Source of the DNA: Wenzhouxiangella sp.
GTDB taxonomy: Bacteria > Pseudomonadota > Gammaproteobacteria > Xanthomonadales > Wenzhouxiangellaceae
Reading direction: 5' to 3'
Assembly (NCBI GenBank): GCA_007694055.1
Contig: RECK01000433.1
Coordinates: 113 to 64,112, forward strand
DNA length: 64,000 bases
Position numbers and translations under genes: made by a program. The notes under the pieces are model-generated. The model ran no database searches. It was given only the letters and a program-made list of their open reading frames with translations, and was not told where the DNA came from. This document shows positions 19,267 to 27,244 of the stretch, piece by piece. Within the stretch, counting starts at the first letter, position 1. Each line of letters starts with the position of its first letter.

Positions 19267-20865
19267 TCAATTGCCAGTGCCGCCCTTGCCGCGGCTCTCG
19301 GCGATCTGCCGAGCGATTTCACTCGAGGATCGCTCGTAGGCTTCGGCAAACTCCTTTACGAAAATCCGCTTGGCATCATGCCGGAGGTTGCTGGCCATTT
19401 CATCGTAATGGGCGGTAAACAGGTTCCAGCATTTTGCCTCCCTGATCAAGGGCGCCGAAGCCGACAGCGGCGAAAGTTTCTTGAGTTTGCGCTCCAGCTC
19501 CTCCGGGTTGAACTGCTGGATAACCGATTCGATGGCGCCTTGCACTGCGGCCAATATGGCTACCTGGTGAGCCCGCAGGTCATTGAGCGCCAGCTCGAAT
19601 GCTTCGGCTCCGCTGATGAATCCGGGCGCATCGCGCTCGACGAATACTCGTCGCATCGCCTCTTCGATGGAGGGAGAAAACTTGAGTGGATTGTTGCGCG
19701 AGCTCGCGATCCGGGTCTGGTCGATCCGGAACTCACTCTTGATCTCGGCCCGGGAGGCCAGCAACTGCATCAAGCCCTCGCCGACCAGCCGGACCACCTT
19801 GCCGACCTGCTCGGCAAAATCGTCGACGTCGACCGCGCCGGCCATGTCACCGATGCCCAGCTCATGCATCACTGCCGCGACGACTTCGGCATCACTGCCG
19901 GAACCTTTCGAGCGCACTGCGCGTCTCTCGGACTCCTGGCCTGCGGGTCGCTGCGGTGGACGTGGCGGTGACGGGCGACGCGGTGGTTCCGACACGGGAG
20001 GCGGCACGGGATCTGCTGGCGCGGGAGTCGCCGAGGGTGGCGAGCCAGCATCGTCCGATAGCGAGTCAGGCTCTCGAGACGGTTCGGGCCGTGCTGAAGG
20101 CTGGTCGGACTCGTCCGGGTCGGCCACTTTGCCTGGCGGCTCGAAAAACCCTGTCAGCAGCGCGTCCCACTCGTCCGGAATCTCTTCGGCCGCCGCTTCC
20201 GACTGCACACCAGGCGCCGAGAAGTACTCCCGCTCCGGTGACTGGGACAGTCCCGCCCCGGTACTCTCTTTCGAACCCGACTCGGAGTCCGACTCCTCAT
20301 CATCGTCAAGGTCGAGCGGACCCAGACGCCGACCAGAGGCGGGAAACGGCAAATCGTCTTCATCTTCCGACTCGGGTGCCGAACCGCTGTCCATCGGACC
20401 ATCGAGCAAATCGTCGAACTCGTCCCGCTCCGGCTCGCCGGCAGGTGCCGTGTCCGTTCCGGACTGTCCGGCACCCGTCTCGGGCGGCAATAGCAGCTCG
20501 TCATCATCCTCGTCGACAAATGGATCGGGCGAGGCGGCGGCCGCCGCCTGTTCAATCCCCACCACCAGTACGAATTCACCGATGTAGAGACGGTCACCAT
20601 CGGTCAGGACGGCGCTGCGATTCTTGCCAACCAGCTGCTCGGGGGTGTTGTGAAAGGTGCCGTTCGTGCTCGTGTCGACGACCACGAATCGGTCGCCGTC
20701 CAGCTTGATTTCAGCGTGACGACCCGAGGTGTAAAAATTCGGGTCGGGCAAGACCCAGTCATTGCCCGCAGCGCGTCCGATCGAACCGCCATTGGCCCCA
20801 AAACTCATGCTGCTGCCCTGGAGCGCCGGATCCGGAGTTTGTTGAACGGTCAAGGTTATTTTCAT
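19267..20865 (-). CDS. tagH: T6SS FHA-domain protein TagH/Fha
   Basis: 532 aa; FHA motifs IGR, SGRH, DTSTNGT; long acidic/Pro-rich linker; C-terminal NNPLKFS and DLRAHQVA. Confidence 0.93.
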   Translation of the reverse strand: MKITLTVQQTPDPALQGSSMSFGANGGSIGRAAGNDWVLPDPNFYTSGRHAEIKLDGDRFVVVDTSTNGTFHNTPEQLVGKNRSAVLTDGDRLYIGEFVLVVGIEQAAAAASPDPFVDEDDDELLLPPETGAGQSGTDTAPAGEPERDEFDDLLDGPMDSGSAPESEDEDDLPFPASGRRLGPLDLDDDEESDSESGSKESTGAGLSQSPEREYFSAPGVQSEAAAEEIPDEWDALLTGFFEPPGKVADPDESDQPSARPEPSREPDSLSDDAGSPPSATPAPADPVPPPVSEPPRRPSPPRPPQRPAGQESERRAVRSKGSGSDAEVVAAVMHELGIGDMAGAVDVDDFAEQVGKVVRLVGEGLMQLLASRAEIKSEFRIDQTRIASSRNNPLKFSPSIEEAMRRVFVERDAPGFISGAEAFELALNDLRAHQVAILAAVQGAIESVIQQFNPEELERKLKKLSPLSASAPLIREAKCWNLFTAHYDEMASNLRHDAKRIFVKEFAEAYERSSSEIARQIAESRGKGGTGN

Positions 20866-21006
20866 GACATGGTCTGAAGGCGATTGTCAGCTAGAACCCG
20901 GCCCACGGGCCAGCGTTCGTGGTCTTCCTAGTGTATAGGATGGCGCCGGACCAAACCAAACAGCGGCGCCAATCGCCAGCCTGCCCTGCGCTGCCGGCAG
21001 CCCGGC

Positions 21007-23229
21007 TCAACAATCACCCAGCAAATCGCGGCAGGCCGCCAGCAGCCCGGCTTCGGATGCGAGAACGAGGTTGGCCGCATCGGCCAGGGGTATGTAGCAG
21101 TCAGCGCCACTGACCCGTCGCAGGGGTCGATCACCCAGACCTCGCTCGGCCAGCCCGGCTACGATGCCCTCGCCCACCCCGCCGTCCGGCCGCCCTTCAT
21201 CAAAAACAAGAACCGCAGCGCAGTCGCGTGCGTGACTGGCCACCGCGTCCAGGTCAAGCGGCTTGAGCCAGCGCAGATCCACAACCCTGACCGCATGGCG
21301 GGGAGAAAGCGCACGCGCGCAGCGCAGCGCCATCGGCACGCCGTTGCCAAAGGTCACGATCAACAAATCGCGCGCCTCCGGCTCGTAAACTCGCGGTTCG
21401 AACGGCGCGAGGAATTGGCCGGGCGCGGGATAGTCGAAGCACCAGGCCCCGTCATCGGGCTCGAACAGATCCTTAGTCATGTATAGCGCAATCGGCTCCA
21501 GGAATGCACAGACCCGACCGTCCACTTCGGCCATTGCCGCCATGGTGCGCAGCATGTTGACCGCATCGTCGCCGCGCGAGGGACAACCGATGACCAACCC
21601 CGGGATATCACGCAGGGCAGCGATCGAGTTGTCATTGTGGAAGTGACCGCCAAAACCACGCTGGTAGCCCAGGGCCGCTATTCGCATGATCATCGGGTTG
21701 CGAAACTGGCCGTTGGAGAAAAATTGCAGAGAACAGGCTTCGCCCCGAATCTGGTCACAGGCATTGTGGAAGTAAGCCAGATACTGGATCTCGGGGATCG
21801 GCAGGTAGCCCATGCTGCCAAAACCCTGGGCCAGGCCAAGAATGGTGGTTTCATCAAGCAGCGTATTGAATACCCGGCGCCGTCCGAAGCGTTGCCACAG
21901 TCCCTTGGTCACGGTGTAGACGCCTCCCTTGCGGGCCACGTCCTCGCCAAACAGAAGCGTTTGCGGGTACTTGGCCATCAGGTCGGTAAGGGCGCGATTG
22001 ATCTGAATGGCCAGGTGTCGGGGTGGCTGATTCTCGGGCAACTGCCGTTCGCTGCCGAAACCAGCCAGGCGCGCCTGTTCAGCCGGCTGGCGGCCCGCTT
22101 CGTCCTTGACCGCCTCCAGGCTGAGCGGCGCCAGGGGCCGCATGACATCGGCCAGGCTGGACAGCCTCGGCGTGCCATCGGCACGATCGGCTTCGGCCAG
22201 ACACAGCTGGCGCAGCTGCTCATAGCGGTGACGGATTTTTTCCGGGTTCATCAGCCCGCGGACGACAACCTGCTCGGCCGAGCGCAAAAGCGGATCAAGG
22301 GCCTCGGCGGATGCCAGTTCGTCGGCCGGGCGGTACTCGATTTCGAAGTCAGTGCCGGCATGCCCCATCAGGCGGGTAGTCCGCAGGTGCAGGAAAACCG
22401 GCTGGCGGCGACGGCGGCACAGCTCGACCGCATCGGCCACCGCGGCGTGACCGGCGGCAAGATCCAGCCCGTCGGCAAAGCGATAATTCAGACCATGACG
22501 TTTTTCGATACTGGCCCTGATCCAGTCGCGTGGTGTCGGCACGGAAATACCGATACCGTTGTCCTCGCAAACCAGCAACAGCGGCAGCGGCAGATTCTGA
22601 TGGCAAGTCCAGGCAGCCGTGTTCAATGCCGCCTGCGCTGTCGCGTGGTTGAGACTGGCATCGCCGAAACTGCACACCGCGATACTGTCTGCAGGCACCG
22701 GCAGGCGGTCACCGCCGCGGCCAATGGCCAGCGCCGTCCCCACCGCCTTGGGCAAGTGTGAGGCAATGGTCGAGGTCTGCGGCAATACCCACAGCGGTTT
22801 GCTGCCCCAGACCTTGTGCCTCCCGCCCGAGGCCGGGTCGGCGCTGGAGGCTGCAAAAGACAGGCAGGTATCGCGGATGAAGTCCAGGCCCTCGATCTTG
22901 CGGTAACGCTCGGCCATGAAGGCCCCGGAGCGGTAATGCAGAAAAGCCGGGTCGGTATGCCGGGTCAAACGACCAAGCAGCGCATTGCCCTCATGGCCGG
23001 ACGAGCCGATGGTGTAGAAAACCTTGTTTTCCAGGCGCTTGACCCGGGCCATCAGGTCAATCTGGCGAGAGGCCATCTGGCTGTCGAACAGTTCCAGCAG
23101 ATCGGCATCGGCGATGTCACCGCCTCGGCTCGGAACTACCTGGCCGCTGGCGATTGCCTGGAGATGATCAAGAAAATTCCGATCGACAACCTCGGCCCGG
23201 TTGATCTGACGCGCAGCGGAAACAGCCAT
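21007..23229 (-). CDS. Fused alpha/beta E1 component of a 2-oxoacid dehydrogenase (ThDP-dependent)
   Basis: 740 aa; alpha part FLHYR, FGDAS, VCEDNGIGIS, RLMGH; beta part FGEDV, RVFNTLLDETTILG, EIQYLAY, VVDLRWLKPLD. Confidence 0.85.
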   Translation of the reverse strand: MAVSAARQINRAEVVDRNFLDHLQAIASGQVVPSRGGDIADADLLELFDSQMASRQIDLMARVKRLENKVFYTIGSSGHEGNALLGRLTRHTDPAFLHYRSGAFMAERYRKIEGLDFIRDTCLSFAASSADPASGGRHKVWGSKPLWVLPQTSTIASHLPKAVGTALAIGRGGDRLPVPADSIAVCSFGDASLNHATAQAALNTAAWTCHQNLPLPLLLVCEDNGIGISVPTPRDWIRASIEKRHGLNYRFADGLDLAAGHAAVADAVELCRRRRQPVFLHLRTTRLMGHAGTDFEIEYRPADELASAEALDPLLRSAEQVVVRGLMNPEKIRHRYEQLRQLCLAEADRADGTPRLSSLADVMRPLAPLSLEAVKDEAGRQPAEQARLAGFGSERQLPENQPPRHLAIQINRALTDLMAKYPQTLLFGEDVARKGGVYTVTKGLWQRFGRRRVFNTLLDETTILGLAQGFGSMGYLPIPEIQYLAYFHNACDQIRGEACSLQFFSNGQFRNPMIMRIAALGYQRGFGGHFHNDNSIAALRDIPGLVIGCPSRGDDAVNMLRTMAAMAEVDGRVCAFLEPIALYMTKDLFEPDDGAWCFDYPAPGQFLAPFEPRVYEPEARDLLIVTFGNGVPMALRCARALSPRHAVRVVDLRWLKPLDLDAVASHARDCAAVLVFDEGRPDGGVGEGIVAGLAERGLGDRPLRRVSGADCYIPLADAANLVLASEAGLLAACRDLLGDC

Positions 23230-23235
23230 TTTCAG

Positions 23236-23272
23236 CCCTTCTCCCTAACCCTTTTCCCGTTTCCCTGTTCCC
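23236..23272 (-). repeat. Heptamer-like G-tract array (G-quadruplex motif)
   Basis: Minus strand GGGAACAGGGAAACGGGAAAAGGGTTAGGGAGAAGGG, six GGG tracts. Confidence 0.85.
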
Positions 23273-23274
23273 GC

Positions 23275-24438
23275 CTAAAACGCATTATGTCCGGTCAACT
23301 CCCGCCCAACGACCAGCTGGTGCACGGTTTCGGTGCCCTCGTAGGTAATCACCGACTCGAGGTTCAGCGCATGACGGATAGCGACGTATTCCAGGGTAAT
23401 GCCGGACCCGCCAAGCAGATCGCGGCAGTCGCGGGCGATGTCGATGGCCATGCGAACGTTGTTCCACTTGGCCATGGAAATCTGGGTCGGGTGAACACGC
23501 CCGGCATCCTTCAGGCGACCGAGCCGCAAACTCATCAGCTGAGCCAGGGTGATTCGGCGGGCGTGGTCGGCCAGACGGATCTGGACCGCCTGGTTGGCCG
23601 ACAGCGGACGCTTGAACAGTTCACGGTCGGCAGTGTAGTCAATGGCCTCCTTCAGGCAAGCCACGGCCGCACCGATCGGACCCCAGGTTATGCCGTAGCG
23701 AGCCTGGCTCAGGCAGGAAAGCGGGCCCTTCAGGCCGCTGACTCCGGGCAGGCGGTTGGCCTCCGGAACGCGCACGTTATCAAAGTACAGCTCGGAGGTC
23801 ACGGAAGCGCGCAGCGACATCTTGGCGCGGATATCGCGGGTTTCGAAGCCCTTGAAGTCCTTTTCGACGATGAAACCCTGAATCCCCTGCTCGGTGCGGG
23901 CCCAGACAATAGCCAGGTCAGCAATACTGCCATTGGTGATCCACATCTTGGCGCCGTTGAGGATCCAGTCATCACCGTCGCGCCGGGCGTGGGTTTTCAT
24001 GTTGGCCGGGTCCGAGCCACCATGCGGTTCGGTCAAACCAAAGCAGCCTATGGCACGGCCAGCGGCCATTTCCGGCAGCCAGCGCTGCTTCTGTTCGTCC
24101 GAGCCAAAGGCATGGATGGGATACATGCACAGGGACGATTGCACTGACACGAAACTGCGCAGCCCCGAATCGCCGCGCTCGAGTTCCTGGCAGATCAATC
24201 CATAGCTGACCGCGTTGAGACCGGCACAGCCGTAACCTTCGAGACTGGATCCGAGCAAACCGAGATCGGCAATCTCGGGCACCAGTTCACTCGGGAATCG
24301 ACCCTCGTCGAAACAGTCGGCGATCAAAGGCAGCGCCTTTTCGTCGACGAAGCGGGCGACGCTGTCGCGGATCATTTGCTCTTCGTCGCTGAGCTCGGCG
24401 TTGATATCGAACAGATCAAGGGGATTGAGTGCGTGCAT
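23275..24438 (-). CDS. gcdH: Acyl-CoA dehydrogenase, glutaryl-CoA dehydrogenase-like
   Basis: GYGCAG, ELERGDSGLRSFVSVQSSL, GCFGLTEPHGGSDP, LNGAKMWITN, LESVITYEGT; start set at 24438 (track 24486). Confidence 0.8.
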   Translation of the reverse strand: MHALNPLDLFDINAELSDEEQMIRDSVARFVDEKALPLIADCFDEGRFPSELVPEIADLGLLGSSLEGYGCAGLNAVSYGLICQELERGDSGLRSFVSVQSSLCMYPIHAFGSDEQKQRWLPEMAAGRAIGCFGLTEPHGGSDPANMKTHARRDGDDWILNGAKMWITNGSIADLAIVWARTEQGIQGFIVEKDFKGFETRDIRAKMSLRASVTSELYFDNVRVPEANRLPGVSGLKGPLSCLSQARYGITWGPIGAAVACLKEAIDYTADRELFKRPLSANQAVQIRLADHARRITLAQLMSLRLGRLKDAGRVHPTQISMAKWNNVRMAIDIARDCRDLLGGSGITLEYVAIRHALNLESVITYEGTETVHQLVVGRELTGHNAF

Positions 24439-24578
24439 GGGAGAAAGCTTCTGGCAGGACTTGAGTAGACCGCTATTGTAATTCATCGCCCGTTGCTGAC
24501 GATCAAGAGTTGCACTGTTTCGGCCAGCCCCTGCCCCGGCTCGCTGCCCAACGGACTACCCAGAGAGCGCCCGGCACC

Positions 24579-24585
24579 GCTATAA
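24579..24585 (+). promoter_or_regulatory. Approximate -10 element for the cytochrome c pair
   Basis: TATAAT about 40 nt upstream of the ATG at 24624. Confidence 0.4.
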
Positions 24586-24623
24586 TGGCCGTCTTTTCGT
24601 TTTAACCAAACTGGCGCCTTCTG

Positions 24624-24953
24624 ATGATCAAAAGACTGGTTCTTGTCGCCGTGCTCGCCAGCGCGATGTCTTCACCGGCCCTGGCAGAACGCGGTGATCC
24701 CGAACAGGGCCGGGTGATAGCGTTCACCTGCGCCGGCTGTCACGGTATCCCGTTCCACCAGAATGTCTACCCGACCTACTCCGTGCCCCGCATCGGCGGC
24801 CAGAGCGAGGGTTACATCATTGCGTCCTTGCGCGCCTACCGTTCTGGCGAGCGACGCCACCCGACCATGCAGGCTCAGGGGAATACCTTGTCTGACCAGG
24901 ACATTCTCGACATCGCCGCCTACCTGTCTGGACTGGGAGGAAACCAACAGTGA
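24624..24953 (+). CDS. Periplasmic monoheme cytochrome c (c553/c4-like)
   Basis: Signal peptide; CAGCH heme motif; PRIGGQ; distal Met in HPTM. Confidence 0.92.
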   Translation: MIKRLVLVAVLASAMSSPALAERGDPEQGRVIAFTCAGCHGIPFHQNVYPTYSVPRIGGQSEGYIIASLRAYRSGERRHPTMQAQGNTLSDQDILDIAAYLSGLGGNQQ

Positions 24954-25297
24954 AATCCTTGATGCTTCCGATCGCTGCTGTCGCCCTGCTCGGCGCCAGT
25001 CTCGAAGTCGCAGCCGGCAATCCGGCCCGCGGCCAGCAGATTGCAGCCCAGGTTTGCGCCGCCTGCCACGGCGACGATGGCAACCTGGTGCTCGCGCCCG
25101 ACTACCCCAAGCTCGGTGGTCAGCACGCCGACTACCTGGTTTTCGCCCTCAAGGCCTATCGCTCCGGTGATCGCGACAACGCCGTCATGGCGCCGTTTGC
25201 ACGGGATCTGAGTGACCAGGATATTCGCGATCTGGCAGCCTGGTTCTCGCGCCAGGACAGCTACCTGGTCGATATGCCGAGCTCACGTCGCCGTTGA
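24950..25297 (+). CDS. Periplasmic monoheme cytochrome c (c553/c4-like)
   Basis: Signal peptide; CAACH; PKLGGQHADYL; NAVM; 4-nt overlap with the upstream cytochrome. Confidence 0.92.
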   Translation: MKSLMLPIAAVALLGASLEVAAGNPARGQQIAAQVCAACHGDDGNLVLAPDYPKLGGQHADYLVFALKAYRSGDRDNAVMAPFARDLSDQDIRDLAAWFSRQDSYLVDMPSSRRR

Positions 25298-25303
25298 TCC
25301 ATG

Positions 25304-25328
25304 GCCTGAGTCGCGCCGCGTCTCAGGC
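25304..25328. terminator. Stem-loop after the cytochrome c pair
   Basis: GCCTGAG/CTCAGGC arms with an inner CGC/GCG extension. Confidence 0.45.
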
Positions 25329-25505
25329 AGACAGTATTGTTTCGAGAAAAACCTGGCCGACATCCAGGCGGGACAGGTCCGGAACCTGAGACGCCAATTG
25401 GGGATTTCTTTCAGCCAGGGGCCTTCTGGCCTGGCCCTGGAAAGCTCCCGGAACCCGTGGCGGCGAGAGCCGAGCCCCAATCCCTCCGGCGAACCCCACC
25501 GGCTT

Positions 25506-26081
25506 TCAGTAATAGGGATTTTCGCCGCTATTGTGATCAGTGGCATCTATGACCTGTCGTACTTCCGGCAATTCCTGGCGCAGCGTGGTTTCGATGCCCT
25601 GTTTGAGGGTGACATCGACCATGCCGCAGCCGTGGCAGCCGCCACCGAATTGCAACACTACGTCCTTGGCCTCCGTCACTTCAACCAGGCCGACCACGCC
25701 ACCATGGGATGCCACCATCGGGTTGATACGGGCATCCAGAACCCATTCAACACGCTCGCGCAGCGAGGAGTCGGCCGGTGGCTTTTGACCCTTGAGGCCC
25801 GGCGCCCGAATCGACAACTCACCGCCCATGGCATTGGTTTCGAAATCAATCACGGCACCATCGAGTGTTGCGGCGCTGTCGACGTCGACATAAAGCACGA
25901 AGGAATGACAGTCGACCGGCTGGTCTGATTCCTGCTGCGAACCGGCCGGGCAATAGGTCAAGTCAACGTCGGCTGACGGCGTACCGGGATTGACAGTGCG
26001 CAGGCGCAAATTGGTGCCGTCGGCTTGTTGTTCGAGCAAGCGCGCGAAATAATCACGGGCGGCAGGGGTAATCGTCAGCAT
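25506..26081 (-). CDS. nfuA: Fe-S cluster carrier NfuA
   Basis: 191 aa; degenerate A-type N-domain (ITPAARDYF, NPGTP), INPMVASHGG, GGGCHGC, DATDH...NPYY. Confidence 0.93.
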   Translation of the reverse strand: MLTITPAARDYFARLLEQQADGTNLRLRTVNPGTPSADVDLTYCPAGSQQESDQPVDCHSFVLYVDVDSAATLDGAVIDFETNAMGGELSIRAPGLKGQKPPADSSLRERVEWVLDARINPMVASHGGVVGLVEVTEAKDVVLQFGGGCHGCGMVDVTLKQGIETTLRQELPEVRQVIDATDHNSGENPYY

Positions 26082-26127
26082 GCTGGGGAATGACCTTGTC
26101 GGTTGTATTTCAATTTATGCAGGCGAC

Positions 26128-27189
26128 TCAATCCGCTTTCAAGCGCTCGGCCAGCCAGGGCAGGGAATGATCGTAGCGCCAATCGATGCCGGAATGGGTA
26201 CCGTCGAATTCCTCGAAGTGATGCGCCACGCCGGCAGCGGTCAGCTGCTGGTGCAGCTCCCGGGTACCGTAATGGATGAAGTACTGGTCGCGCCGCCCCG
26301 CATCGAACCACAGCCCGGCCAGGCCATTGAGTGCATCCAGTGATCCCTGCGCTCGGCTGAGCGGATCAAATGCCAGCCAACGCCCCCAGGTGACCGGATC
26401 GAGACGGCAGGTTTCCAGGTCAAAAGGCAACTTCAGGCCCAGTGGAAGGGCCGGGTCCGGCGAATAGCTGGCCGCAAGACAGAGAGTCATCAGGGTATGA
26501 AAGGCCGCACCACCCGGGCGTCGATCGCGCCAGAAAGTGCGCACGAAGGCCTCAAGATCACCATCGTGTCGGGCCAGCACATCACAGGCCAGCGGAAAAT
26601 CACGCAGGTACACACGATCGAATCCGCAGTCGCCGGCATGACTGGCAACAGCTGCGAAATGGCCCGGGTGAACCATCGCAAGATGCAAGCCGCCGAAGCC
26701 ACCGGACGATTTCCCGAATACCCCGCGGGCCGCTGCCTCCGGAATGGTTCGGAACCGGGCATCGACGACGGGAACCAGTTCGTCAATCAGGTAGTCTGCG
26801 TAAGCGCCAATGGCCGGACTGTTGACGTACTGATTGCCACCCAGCGCCGTGTAACAGTCCGGAAACACCACGATAACCGGCGGCATCTTGCCGCTGGCGA
26901 TCAATCGGTCCAGGCGCTGCGGCAGGGTTTCGCCCTGGTTGCGCCAGGCAACCTGGCCCGGACCAGCATTGGTATAGGCGGCCAGGGACCAGAGCACCGG
27001 GTAGCGACGCTGTCCTGAATCATCGTAGCCTGGTGGCAGATAGACCGGGTGGGCGCGCCGGGTGGGGTCGGCCAGCGGATTGCCGGCCAGAATGACAGAT
27101 TCATGCGCCAGGGTCACGACCTGACCCTGCGGCCAGTCAATCCCCGGACGCAATGCCTTGCGGCGACTCGTTGTTGGCTCGGCCATCAT
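26128..27189 (-). CDS. Alpha/beta hydrolase (Fes/putative esterase family)
   Basis: VYLPPGYD, YPVLW, nucleophile motif GKSSGG, EEFDGTH; start set at 27189/27186 after AGGA (track 27366). Confidence 0.8.
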   Translation of the reverse strand: MMAEPTTSRRKALRPGIDWPQGQVVTLAHESVILAGNPLADPTRRAHPVYLPPGYDDSGQRRYPVLWSLAAYTNAGPGQVAWRNQGETLPQRLDRLIASGKMPPVIVVFPDCYTALGGNQYVNSPAIGAYADYLIDELVPVVDARFRTIPEAAARGVFGKSSGGFGGLHLAMVHPGHFAAVASHAGDCGFDRVYLRDFPLACDVLARHDGDLEAFVRTFWRDRRPGGAAFHTLMTLCLAASYSPDPALPLGLKLPFDLETCRLDPVTWGRWLAFDPLSRAQGSLDALNGLAGLWFDAGRRDQYFIHYGTRELHQQLTAAGVAHHFEEFDGTHSGIDWRYDHSLPWLAERLKAD

Positions 27190-27244
27190 GCTCGTCCTGC
27201 TCGGTGGGTCGATACGGCTGAATTGGCAAGGCAGCGCCGTATGT

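Noticed and set aside
25370-25390. CAGGTCCGGAA resembles the SRP RNA core
   Set aside because: The required GGAAGCAGC continuation and long flanking stem are absent.
25370-25455. Minus-strand GGGAG...CTGAAAG...TCTCAGGT...GGAC loosely resembles a glycine riboswitch aptamer
   Set aside because: The GGAGA and CCGAAG cores are imperfect, and no co-oriented gene lies directly downstream.
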